NCBI GenBank assembly: GCA_002269645.1
Contig: NIVC01000838.1
Span: 62,001-126,000, forward strand
Reading direction: 5' to 3'
From: Macrostomum lignano
Taxonomy: Eukaryota
DNA length: 64,000 nucleotides
Part shown: positions 50,470-64,000 of the stretch, piece after piece
Layout of the letters: every line of letters begins with the position of its first letter
Position numbering within the stretch: position 1 is the stretch's first letter
The notes under the pieces: generated by a model
Database searches by the model: none
The model's input: only the letters and a program-made list of their open reading frames with translations
What the model was told of the DNA's origin: nothing
Position numbers and translations under genes: made by a program

Positions 50470-50730
50470 TTTTCACCGACATTTCTGCTGACATTTTCAC
50501 CGACATTTCTGCTGACATTTCCACCGACATTTCTGCCGACATTTCTATCGACTTTTCTGCCTACATTTCTACCGACATTTCTGCCGACATTTCTGCCGAC
50601 ATTTCTGACGACATTTCTGCCGACATTTCTGCTGACATTTCTGCCGACATTTCTGCCGACATTTCTGCTGACATTTCTGCCGACATTTCTACCGACATTT
50701 CTACCGACATTTCTACCGATATTTCTACCA
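50470..50730. repeat. 12-bp array (gacatttctgcc)
   Basis: Direct reading. Confidence 0.93.
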
Positions 50731-50774
50731 AAACTTCTATTGACAGAAAACTACGAATTTCAGTGTTACCCAAG

Positions 50775-53433
<2,659 letters not shown>

Positions 53434-53684
53434 GATGCTTGGGTTTCAAAACAAATATTCAGTTTAAGCCGTCGGTTCCTTAGCAGGCACGCATTTGATG
53501 CCAGTTCTTTCTCTTGCAGGTATTTCCCTTTCAACTTGTCCCTGGTTGCCATAGATTAGTAATGTTTGAATTTATTTTTAGCCCTTTAAACTGATTGGAA
53601 ATCAACGCCCCAGAAGCTGTAATCAACTACTGGAAGCTGGAAGGCCATTGAAAACTACTACATCAGCGACACGAAAACCCATGA

Positions 53685-54362
53685 TACTCCTGACAGTCCT
53701 GACACTCCTGACACTCCTGACACTCCTGACACTCCTAACACTCCTAACACTCCTGACACTCCCCATACTCCTGACAGTCCTGACAGTCCTGACACCCCAT
53801 ACTCCTGACAGTCCTGACACTCCTGACACTCCTGACACTCCTGACACTCCTGACACTCCCCATACTCCTGACAGTCCTGACGCTCCCCATACTCCTGACA
53901 GTCCTGACAGTCCTGACACTTCTGACACTCTTGACACTCCTGACACTCCTGACACTTCTGACATTCCTGACACTCCTGACACTCCCCATACTCCTGACAG
54001 TCCTGACAGTCCTGACACTCCCCATACTCCTGACAGTCCTGACAGTCCTGACACTCCCCATACTCCTGACAGTCCTGACACTCCTGACACTCCTGACACT
54101 CCTGACACTCCTGACACTCCTGACACTTCTGACATTCCTGACACTCCTGACACTCCCCATACTCCTGACAGTCCTGACACTACTGACAGTCCTGACACTC
54201 CTGACAGTCCTGACACTCCTGACAGTCCTGATACTCCTGACAGCCCTGACACTCCTGACAGTCCTGATACTCCTGACAGCCCTTACACTCCTGACAGTCC
54301 TGATACCCCTGACACTCCTGACACTCCTGACACTCCTGACACTCCTGACACTCCTGACACTC
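53685..54362. repeat. 9-bp array (actcctgac)
   Basis: Direct reading. Source of the spurious PDT and SGV ORFs. Confidence 0.95.
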
Positions 54363-54538
54363 GAAGGTCACTACTGGCACACTTTTCAACTTTGCATTCA
54401 ACAGAAAAGTGAAAAAACAAGCTACGCATTAGTACAGTAGTAGCCACTACAAAATACAGCTGAAAATGTTTTAATATTTCGTTAATAAGAGCTAGACTAT
54501 TTAACACACTGGAAGGTAAAAAGTCTCAGGCCACTCGG

Positions 54539-57258
54539 TCATCGCTGCCTAGCCGCGGAGAGCCGCATGAGGCGGGCCACGGAGCCAAGCAGAAGGTTGA
54601 CATCGGCGCTGATTTTTCGGCGCCGCGCCTGCTGCGCTACGGTGAGCGGCTCGACTCCGTTGCGCGGCAAGTCGTCCAGGCAGTCCTGCACCAGGCCGAG
54701 GTGACGCTCGATTCGCTGCAGCAGCGGCATCAGCGTGTCGCCCGGCTGCACCAGCCGGGCCAGCCGCTCTTGGGGCATCGATTTCAGAAATTTCAGCGTT
54801 CGCAAGCCGCCGCTCCGGCCGCCGCCGCCGCCGCTCCGGCCGCCGCCGCCCCTGGATTCCGCTTCGTTTGTCGACTCGCTAAGACGTCGCTGCTGAACAA
54901 CGTCACCGTCGCCGTCGCCGTCGCCGCCGCTGCTGCCGCCGTCGCCGTCGCCGTCGCCGTCCCGACGATTCCGGTGCCCCGGCCAGCCGCGATGGCGGCC
55001 TCCTTCAGCCGCTGACAGCTGCTCCGTGAGGTAGCGGCGCAGCTCCAGAATCGGCGAGTCGCTCTTGGCGTCCTCGTCTTCAACCTCCTCCGCATCCTCG
55101 CCTTCAGCGGCAGCTTCCGCCAGGAGGGCCTGCCGATTTTTGAACGGCATCAGCCGCGGCAGTTTGGCAGCCAATTCGGCCTCCGCTGGACCGTCTGGCT
55201 GGTCCGCAAATAGTAAGCGTCCGTGTCGAACGAGCGAGCGAACACCTTCAGCAGGCGCTTGTAGCGGTGCGCCGCGCGTCTCACAACTTCGGCTTCGACT
55301 GGCGCGTTGGCGGCGCTGAAAGTCGCAACTTGGGCGTCCATCGACTGCAGGACGAGGGCGAATTTCTCCCAGGTGACGGCGCCGCTCAGGTAGGCGGCGC
55401 GTAGCTGGCCGAAATCGCGTAGAAAAGTGCTGTGCAGGTATCTGGTTTGGGGGCGAAGCATGTAGCACTGTTGCAGTGGATTAGGGCAGGTTGTAGTGGA
55501 TTAGGGCAGGTTGCAGTGGATTAGGGCAGGTTGCAGTGGATTGGGGCAGGTTGCAGTGGATTGGGGCAGGTTGCAGTGGATTATGGCAGGTTGCAGTGGA
55601 TTATGGCAAGTTGCAGTGGATTAGGGCAGGTTGCAGTGGATTATGGCAGGTTGCAGTGGATTAGGGCAGGTTGTAGTGGATTAGGGCATGTTGCAGTGGA
55701 TTAGGGCATGTTGCAGTGGATTTGGGCAAGTGGAATGGATTAGGGCATGTTGCAGTGGATTTGGGCAAGTGGAATGGACTTGGGAAAGTGGAGTGGACTA
55801 AGGCGGGTCGGAGTGGACTGGAGCAGGTCGGAGTGGACTGGAGCAGGTCGGAGTGGACTGGAGCAGGTTGGAGTGGACTGGAGCAGGTTGGAGTGGACTG
55901 GAGCAGGTTGGATTGGAATGGAGCTGGTTGGAGTTGGTTGGAGCTGGTTGGAGTTGGTTGGAGCTGGTTGGAGTGGACTGGAGCAGCAGGGCTGGACAGG
56001 CCAAACTGACCTGCCGTGCTGCGTGTTGGGGTGCAGCAGAAACATGGCGGCGGCAGTGGAGTCGGCGTAGACGCCAGCCCGCATGATTCGCCAAGCGGCC
56101 GCGTAGACGGCGCTGCAGCAGACGCGGGACCAGCTGTCCAGCTGGGCGTAGCGGTCCGCCAGCCGCTGGGACAGGTCGTGCCAGGGCAGGCCGGGCCTCA
56201 GTCTGGTCCGCAGCCAGTCGCGCAGCTGCAGAAGGCTCTCGTGCACCTGGCGTTGATACGGGCAGCCGCCGCCTCGGTACCACGCGATCTGGGCGTCGAT
56301 TTGATTGAGCGCGGCGCGCATCTGGTCGCCTGCGCAGTTGTCCGTGGGATCCGGGCCGCAGGCGGGACAGCGGTACAGGTACAGGAACCTGCGGGCCGGT
56401 AAGCATTAATACTTTAGTTAGAGGCAGGGGCTGTGTGCACCCTGGCGCACTTTAAGGGACATTGTCGCACAACCGGCGTGAGACATCGCTACCCACTCCG
56501 TCGACTCCCCTGAGCAGGCACACAGGAGTGCACGGCGGCCCTAATTTTATTTATCGTTAGGCATGTACACTTCACTGCGCCTTGGGGGTTGGCCCTCAAT
56601 GGTGTTAATTGCACGAGCAGAGAGTCAAGATTCCAATTTAGCTCCAAATTAATTTGGCTGCACTTGGAATCGAGCCTGGGCCGCTGGCACATCAGAGCGC
56701 CGCTCTGGACCACTTCCAACACTAAAACACATTGAGCACACTGCAGGCATCACGGAAGTGAAAGTGACACCCCAAAAAGCGGGACTGACACAGGTATATT
56801 CATTTAAAAAAGCACGGGTAACTCTACATGATGGGAAATTTCGAGTTTGTGAAAGCACCGCACGAAGCGAACTGCAGTTAACTGCCCAACCCACCTGTCA
56901 ATGGGGCTGAGTATGGCCGGGTACTTGTCTAGCACGGCCGCCCAGTCGGGCTTCCCGGTCATGACTTCGCGCGTGGCCAGCACCGATCGGTAGATGTCGC
57001 AGTGATGGCCCGGCCGGTTTGCCACCGAGCGCAGCCTGCGCCCGATGGTGCCGGCCAGCAGCAGCGAGCACTGCTCATCGAACACAGCGGACAGCAGGCC
57101 CACGCTGCCCTTCACCCGGTGCCCGATGGCCGGCGCCGTCTCCGACAGGCTGTCCAAGCTGCGGAAAACTTCCTCGAATGCCGCGATTCGTGCCGAGAGC
57201 ACATTAAGCTGGTCCAGCACCGAAGGTGCCACATCGGAGTCCTTGGCGGGATCCGTGA
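54539..57258 (-). CDS. Uncharacterised helical protein, at least 3 exons, with an apparent 1-nt frameshift in the last exon
   Basis: Exons 57258-56895, 56388-56011 and 55441-54539 join through phase-2 GT-AG introns (PIDR|FLYLYRCPACG...QHGR|YLHSTF). The last exon needs one added base, e.g. in the T-run at 55208-55210, to link YY to FADQPDG. A candidate first exon is 57421-57385, with a weak GTGGTT donor. Confidence 0.55.
55470..55985. repeat. Two adjacent 20-bp arrays (ttgcagtggattagggcagg; ggagtggactggagcaggtt) filling an intron
   Basis: Direct reading; the intron is 55442-56010. Confidence 0.93.
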
Positions 57259-57491
57259 CTTAGGTTCTGGAGAGCTGGAGTTTGTTCAACTTGCTTTATT
57301 GACCGGAATGCGTAGTGCATGCATGAGAATAGCGTAGTTTTCCTGATCGCTCATCTGTAGCCATGCAGTCTGTGGTCAAACCACCTCGGAACTTGACGAC
57401 AGATTGATTCGAACTGCTCATCTGAGTCTAAGAATAGCTTAGTTTATCAAAATAGAATCTTGGGTGAAGCAAAATTGTCAGCTAGTTTTAG

Positions 57492-57759
57492 ACACTTTTT
57501 TCTGGACTGGGGTAATGTGATGATGCGATATGTAAAACATTTACACAAGCAGATGTTCTTCACTGTAGCAGTGCAGCTCATGTACAGACGCGACAGCTCA
57601 GGTGCGGCTGTCAAACAGTTCAATGGGCCCATCCGCAAGGAAACCAGAGTGAACCTGGGCATGTCCCAAAACAAAGAGTTTGCCCAAGCATTCAACTGTG
57701 GCCTATCGAGCAGCTTAAATCCAAAGGATAAGTGCACCTATTGGAAACACTTCAACTGA
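57492..57759 (+). pseudogene. Orphan neprilysin/ECE (peptidase M13) C-terminal fragment
   Basis: KQMFF...AVQLM and RVNLGMSQNKEFAQAFNCGLSSSLNPKDKCTYW match the M13 C-terminal signature (QLFF..FAQVWC; R..GsLsN..EF...F.C..gS.MNP..kC..W). No HExxH-bearing exons were seen elsewhere in the window. Confidence 0.65.
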
Positions 57760-57899
57760 GACAGAAATTGTGCCCGCCGTGCTGACAATAAGCAGTTAAA
57801 GAAATAAACGGAGAAAATTCGATAGCAAAACAAATTTATTTATTTTTTGATGTAGCCGCTGGAAAAAGCTAAGGCGCCACCTTGCCAGCTGATTAGACT

Positions 57900-58145
57900 C
57901 CTCAGACGGCGCCCTCCTATGGCGCCACGATGGTACCCCCCCCCGATGGCGCTTCCCGATGGCGACCTCCGATGGCACCCCCTCTCGATGGCGCCCTCCG
58001 ATGGCACCCCCTACTGATGGCGCCCCCGATGGCGCCCTCCGATGGCACCCCCTCCCGATGGCGCCCTCCGATGGCACCCCCTCCCGATGGCGCCCTTCGA
58101 TGGTACCCCTCCCGATGGCGCCCCCGATGGCGCCCAACGATCGCC
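57900..58145. repeat. GC-rich repeat of about 13-15 bp (gatggcgccccc / gatggcaccccctcc)
   Basis: Direct reading. Confidence 0.88.
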
Positions 58146-58492
58146 CCCTCCCGATTTTCTGTACGTGGCTTTTCGATTCGACAAGGGAAGGCTCCTATGC
58201 TTTACGCGTATTACATCAGTTTGCGGTGAGGATTGCTCCTGAAAAACTTTGGCTGGTGTTTCACATAGCATTATAATTTTTTCATTAATTGTATATTTCT
58301 ATTGCATATTTGATCCTGACTACTTGCATGAGTAGGCATTTTATGTTTCTATTGTTAGTCGGCCGGCGTCCCGTATTGCGATTAGCCGCATAGAGAATCG
58401 ATTGGACAACAATGGAAGTGCGATGGAGCCAATGCATTTTATCATAGAATTGAATAGCTGCGAACTGCTTAGCAAAATTAAAGAGGGCAAAA

Positions 58493-61393
58493 TTAATCCC
58501 CATTGTCCGAGACCGAACATTTGGCAAAAGTTTGCAGCTCGCTGCCAAATCGATCGGCCAAGCCAACCACCCGCTCTTCCCTGAGCAGCAGCCGCAGGCG
58601 CTGTTCGAGCGCTTGGTGCAGCAGGGCGTCAACGCGGTCAGTCTGCCGGCGCCACAGGTCCAGAAGCTGCTCGGTGGTGAGCTCAGCGTCCAGCTCCGGG
58701 ACATCGTCTGCTATCATCTGAGCGTCCGCATTTGACGCGGATGCCATCATGCGCCTCTGGCGCCGACTGTACTTTGGCTGTTCAGCTTGGAGACTGTTCG
58801 ATCTTGATGTTGTCTGAAATTCAAACAGCTGCTGAACTCACTTTTTCAATTTAGCTTTGTGAAATTGTTCGAGAAGAACACTTTTTTGTACAGCTGTAAA
58901 TCATAAAAACCGGTCATCGACCAGAGCTTAAAGAGGTTCAAACTGTACTAATCCACCCAATTTTCCTGTAGCTGAAAGTTAAATCCTGAGTAGCTTGAAC
59001 TCAAATCCTGAGTAGCTTGAACTCAAATCCTCAGTAGCTTGAACTCAAATCCGAGTAGCTTGAACTCAAATCCCGAGTAGCTTGAACTCAAATCCTGAGT
59101 AGCTTGAACTCAAATCCGAGTAGCTTGAACTCAATCCCGAGTAGCTTGAACTCAAATCCCGAGTAGCTTGAACTCAAATCCTGAGTAGCTTGAACTCAAA
59201 TCCGAGTAGCTTGAACTCAATCCCGAGGAGCTTGAACTCAACCCTGAGTAGCTTGAACTCAAATCCGAGTAGCTTGAACTCAAATCCTCAGTTGCTTGAA
59301 CTCAAATCCTGAGTAGCTTGAACTCAAATCCGAGTAGCTTGAACTCAAATCCGAGTAGCTTGAACTCAAATCCCGAGTAGCTTGAACTCAAATCCTGAGT
59401 AGCTTGAACTCAAATCCGAGTAGCTTGAACTCAATCCCGAGTAGCTTGAACTCAAATCCCGAGTAGCTTGAACTCAAATCCTGAGTAGCTTGAACTCAAA
59501 TCCGAGTAGCTTGAACTCAATCCCGAGGAGCTTGAACTCAACCCTGAGTAGCTTGAACTCAAATCCGAGTAGCTTGAACTCAAATCCTCAGTTGCTTGAA
59601 CTCAAATCCTGAGTAGCTTGAACTCAAATCCGAGTAGCTTGAACTCAAATCCGAGTAGCTTGAACTCAAATCCGAGTAGCTTGAACTCAAATCCTGAGTA
59701 GCTTGAACTCAAATCCGAGTAGCTTGAACTCAAATCCTCAGTAGCTTGAACTCAAATCCTGAGTAACTTGAACTCAAATCCGAGTAGCTTAAACTCAAAT
59801 CCTGAGTAGCTTGAACTCAATCCCGAGTAGCTTGAACTCAAATCCTGAGTAGCTTGAACTCAAATCCCGAGTAGCTTGAACTCAAATCCTGAGTAGCTTG
59901 AACTCAATCCCGAGTAGCTTGAACTCAATCCCGAGTAGCTTGAACTCAAATCCGAGTAGCTTGAACTCAATCCCGAGTAGCTTAAACTCAAATCCTGAGT
60001 AGCTTGAACTCAAATCCGAGTAGCTTGAACTCAATCCCGAGGAGCTTGAACTCAACCCTGAGTAGCTTGAACTCAAATCCGAGTAGCTTGAACTCAAATC
60101 CTCAGTTGCTTGAACTCAAATCCTGAGTAGCTTGAACTCAAATCCGAGTAGCTTGAACTCAAATCCTCAGTTGCTTGAACTCAAATCCTGAGTAGCTTGA
60201 ACTCAAATCCGAGTAGCTTGAACTCAAATCCTGAGTAGCTTGAACTCAAATCCGAGTAGCTTGAACTCAAATCCTCAGTAGCTTGAACTCAAATCCTGAG
60301 TAACTTGAACTCAAATCCGAGTAGCTTAAACTCAAATCCTGAGTAGCTTGAACTCAAATCCTGAGTAGCTTAAACTCAAATCCTGAGTAGCTTGAACTCA
60401 AATCCTGAGTAGCTTGAACTCAAATCCTGAGTAGCTTGAACTCAAATCCCGAGTAGCTTGAACTCAATCCCGAGTAGCTTGAACTCAATCCCGAGTAGCT
60501 TGAACTCAATCCCGAGTAGCTTGAACTCAAATCCTGAGTAGCTTGAACTCAAATCCTCAGTTGCTTGAACTCAAATCCCGAGTAGCTTGAACTCAAATAC
60601 GAGTAGCTTGAACTCAAATACGAATAGCTTGAACTCAATCCCGAGTAGCTTGAACTCAAATCCGAGTAGCTTGAACTCAAATCCTGAGTAGCTTGAACTC
60701 AATCCCGAGTAGCTTGAACTCAATCCCGAGTAGCTTGAACTCAATCCCGAGTAGCTTGAACTCAAATACGAGTAGCTTGAACTCAAATACGAGTAGCTTG
60801 AACTCAAATACGAGTAGCTTGAACTCAAATACGAGTAGCTTGAACTCAAATCCGAGTAGCTTGAACTCAATCCCGAGTAGCTTGAACTCAAATACGAGTA
60901 GCTTTAGCTCAATTCTCAAGTAGCTTGAACTCAAATCTGTACAGCTCAAACACAAATCCGTACAGCTCAAACACAAATCCGTACAGCTCAAGCACAAATC
61001 CGTACAGCTCAAACGCAAATCCAACCATTAAAGCAACCATTGGCATTTGATGGGTAAACTTTTGGCTTCAAACTCAGGCCCGAAGTGCTTCAAACCTCAG
61101 AAGAAGAGCTTACCGAGCTCAGTCCTATTGTCAGCTGACAGTCCAGCGATGGATCCGACAGCAGAGCAGAGCTTTCACTTGGCGTTATTGTTGAAGACGA
61201 GCTCCTGTCACTGTCAGAGAGCTGCGAGCAAGTCGCCGACAAATCAATAACTGGTTGACTGAGTATTCCTAGTGGCGTCCTTGCTGGCTGCTCTGTTGGC
61301 ATCGTGGTTGCTGGCGCATCTCGCGCCTTCGTCCCTCGGCGACGACATTGAGAGCCTGACAACATCGAACCGGGGACTTTTACGTATGCTCTT
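58493..61393 (-). CDS. 3' part of an uncharacterised gene: Ser-rich exon plus terminal coiled-coil exon
   Basis: Exon 61393-61114 has a ttttacag acceptor and a TCG|GTAAGC donor. It joins in phase 0 to exon 58813-58493 (tttcag acceptor; TTSRSNSLQ...MMASASNADAQ...LLHQALEQRLRLLL). The intron between them holds the 2-kb array. Upstream exons were not identified. Confidence 0.5.
58980..61020. repeat. 21-22 bp minisatellite (gagtagcttgaactcaaatcct), about 2 kb
   Basis: Direct reading. A 300-bp higher-order block repeats at 59041 and 59341. Confidence 0.97.
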
Positions 61394-62589
61394 CTGTAAA
61401 ATGCCACCGTGTATGTTGGTAATATGTTGAGCACAAATGGCCACGGACCATAGACATGAGCTGACTCTTCCGGGATAAAGACACGAAAACTTGAACTTAT
61501 GACTTAAAATGCCACGATCATGTGGAGTTCTAAAATAGCACGTGGAAATGAGCTAAATTTTATCATTAAACACGAAACCTTCTGGAGCACGTATACGACA
61601 TAAACTACTGTAAACTACTGCACTGCCCCAATTCTGTAGCTCAGTGCCTGTGTGACTAGAAGGGTCAATTGGGAGTTGTTGGTAGGTCAAGCCAAAGGTA
61701 GATAAAAGGGAGAGTTTGGCTAAGAGTCATGGCTAAAAGTGAGGCTTTGATGCCAGAGCTCACAACTAGCTTTCAGGGCTGATGCTTGCTTGCCTTAAAC
61801 ATAATTTTATTTAAGAAATAAACATTAGTGAATGCACAAGGTCAAAAGCTGCATGTAGTTTATTAAAAAATTGAATTCCTTTCTTTGTTGCCTCCCCAAC
61901 AGGGGGGGGGGAGGGCGCAGATTGCTATTGTAATGATCCAATCTAAATTTCTAATCTCGTAATCTCAACCTTTTCTTATAATCATCAACTGTTTACTCTT
62001 CCCTCGTCGCATGTTGGAATCAAGTAGATTTTACCAGCTTGTCAGTACTCGTATTTCCTGTGGTGACGGAACTTCTCAGCAAGTGCTTTTAATATCCAGC
62101 CTTTTAATTGTTGAAGTTAAAGAATCCAAAAGAATCTAGCTTGTACAAGAAGCAGTTTGTTAGCTGTATTTATCGTGGAAATATTTATATTAAGCTTGCA
62201 CTACAATAAATTTGATCTACTTCAGAATTAGTGTTGAAAAAAGAAGAGCTTATTAAATTAGCTGCCACGTAACTAGGTGAGAAACTTATCTACTAGCGTA
62301 AAATAGATAAAACAAAAAGCATCTCACAAGCACATGAAACAAAGCATTGTCAGCGTAGTTGGTAGGTCTTAGAAGCAAAAAAGTGCTATCAGCACTTTAC
62401 ACTAAACTAGCATCTCGCATTGGCCTGTCAGGAATGTCCACTATACTAAAAATGAGTCGTCCTTATACAGTATTCGCTCGTATATCGGTCGTTAGGAATG
62501 TTCTACCTAAAATTTCCAATGTTCATATACAAAAGTACTGTAACGTTCAACCTCTGCACACGCTCGATTCGAGCGCTTCGCGATTAAAG

Positions 62590-63999
62590 CTATTGGTCCA
62601 AATTGGCCTTGGAAATGTTCGAGTCACCAAACCGATTCTCAATGACCTGAAACGATGAGTTAATATTTTGTAGACAGTTCTCATCCGCCGACAGCAAGCG
62701 GCTTCTATCAGATAGCACCTGGAAAACTGCTGCGTCCGCACGCCGAACTTGAGCAGCCAAGTAATCCAGCATGTCGGCTGCGTCACCGGACTGCAGGTTC
62801 CGCATCGACCTAGAATCTAGCTCAACAAACTCCTCCAACGGCGAAACCAAAGATGATGGTACACCAATACCAGATGAAGGCATTGAATATCCGTCAAGAG
62901 TGGACAATGCCGAAACACCATCATAAAGCTCCGGACTAGGACTTGCAATGCCCTGCGAATACCGAGGACTAGACAAAGGGACCGGAAAAAGTGTCGACGC
63001 CGATTTCCGCTCCGAATCAATATCCTCCTCTTCTACTAGAGCTGAAGCAGCGCCTCTCTCATCTACGCGACGTCTGTACTCGCCCAGCTCCGAGTCGAGT
63101 CGCTGCAGCGCTACTCGCGTCGCATCTGGCTGCAGCGCCGCTCGCGACTGCTCGACCGAGGTCACGACCGAGTTGTCGAACGGGCCTCCGATGCTTCTAA
63201 GCCGCGACAGTCGATCCGCCATCAGTCTGGCCACTTCCTCGTTCATTGACCTGTCTGGCTGCGCCTGTTGTTCTACTACTGCTGCGTCGTCCGGTATCAC
63301 CTGCGTTTCCTCTTTCTCGTCCTCTGCTAAAGCGGCCGCCGTGGCGCCTCTCTCGTCTACGCGACGTCTGTACTCGCCCAGCTCCGAGTCGAGTCGCTGC
63401 AGCGCTACTCGCGTCGCATCTGGCTGCAGCGCCGCTCGCGACTGCTCGACCGAGGTCACGACCGAGTTGTCGAACGGGCCTCCGATGCTTCTAAGCCGCG
63501 ACAGTCGATCCGCCATCAGTCTGGCCACTTCCTCGTTCATTGACCTGTCTGGCTGCGCCTGTTGTTCTACTACTGCTGCGTCGTCCGGTATCACCTGCGT
63601 TTCCTCTTTCTCGTCCTCTGCTAAAGCGGCCGCCGTGGCGCCTCTCTCGTCTACGCGACGTCTGTACTCGCCCAGCTCCGAGTCGAGTCGCTGCAGCGCT
63701 ACTCGCGTCGCATCTGGCTGCAGCGCCGCTCGCGACTGCTCGACCGAGGTCACGACCGAGTTGTCGAACGGGCCTCCGATGCTTCTAAGCCGCGACAGTC
63801 GATCCGCCATCAGTCTGGCCACTTCCTCGTTCATTGACCTGTCTGGCTGCGCCTGTTGTTCTACTACTGCTGCGTCGTCCGGTATCACCTGCGTTTCCTC
63901 TTTCTCGTCCTCTGCTAAAGCGGCCGCCGTGGCGCCTCTCTCGTCTACGCGACGTCTGTACTCGCCCAGCTCCGAGTCGAGTCGCTGCAGCGCTACTCG
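62590..63999 (-). CDS. ORF built of near-identical 294-bp / 98-aa tandem repeats plus a unique C-terminus; 5' end lies beyond the window
   Basis: The frame is open from the window edge to the stop at 62590. The unit IPDDAAVVEQQAQPDRSMNEEVARLMADRLSRL...RVALQRLDSELGEYRRRVDERGATAAALAEDEKEETQV occurs about 3.2 times within the window. Confidence 0.6.
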   Translation of the reverse strand, partial: RVALQRLDSELGEYRRRVDERGATAAALAEDEKEETQVIPDDAAVVEQQAQPDRSMNEEVARLMADRLSRLRSIGGPFDNSVVTSVEQSRAALQPDATRVALQRLDSELGEYRRRVDERGATAAALAEDEKEETQVIPDDAAVVEQQAQPDRSMNEEVARLMADRLSRLRSIGGPFDNSVVTSVEQSRAALQPDATRVALQRLDSELGEYRRRVDERGATAAALAEDEKEETQVIPDDAAVVEQQAQPDRSMNEEVARLMADRLSRLRSIGGPFDNSVVTSVEQSRAALQPDATRVALQRLDSELGEYRRRVDERGAASALVEEEDIDSERKSASTLFPVPLSSPRYSQGIASPSPELYDGVSALSTLDGYSMPSSGIGVPSSLVSPLEEFVELDSRSMRNLQSGDAADMLDYLAAQVRRADAAVFQVLSDRSRLLSADENCLQNINSSFQVIENRFGDSNISKANLDQ

Positions 64000-64000
64000 C

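Noticed and set aside
55470-55770. TTAGGG inside a 20-bp array
   Set aside because: There is a single hexamer per unit within a larger non-telomeric unit, so it is not a telomeric tract.

Overview
Eukaryotic (metazoan) genomic DNA, not prokaryotic. GC-rich exons with GT-AG introns alternate with about 40 micro- and minisatellite arrays. This style is consistent with the flatworm Macrostomum lignano, but the species is an inference. Supported genes: a PELP1/Rix1-like gene (5' end outside the window), trichoplein (TCHP, 3 exons), a Pax2/5/8-type paired-box gene (7 predicted exons, one apparent -1 frameshift), a mucin-like type I membrane protein, an SLC1/EAAT glutamate transporter (5 exons), an orphan class A GPCR, a C2H2 zinc-finger gene, three uncharacterised spliced genes, an orphan neprilysin (M13) C-terminal fragment, and an ORF made of near-identical 98-aa repeats running off the right end. 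The most unusual observations: (1) a 64-nt 28S rRNA-derived cassette in TCHP intron 1 in which exactly the R2/I-PpoI target core is replaced; (2) a thrice-occurring hairpin motif with a conserved loop and covarying stem, one copy next to that cassette; (3) a foldback-like pair of inverted minisatellite arms around a 670-bp unique core; (4) introns almost entirely filled by their own private tandem arrays. No CRISPR, tRNA or complete rRNA gene, and no recognisable autonomous transposon, was found. All identifications come from reading the sequence and from recalled motifs; no searches were run.
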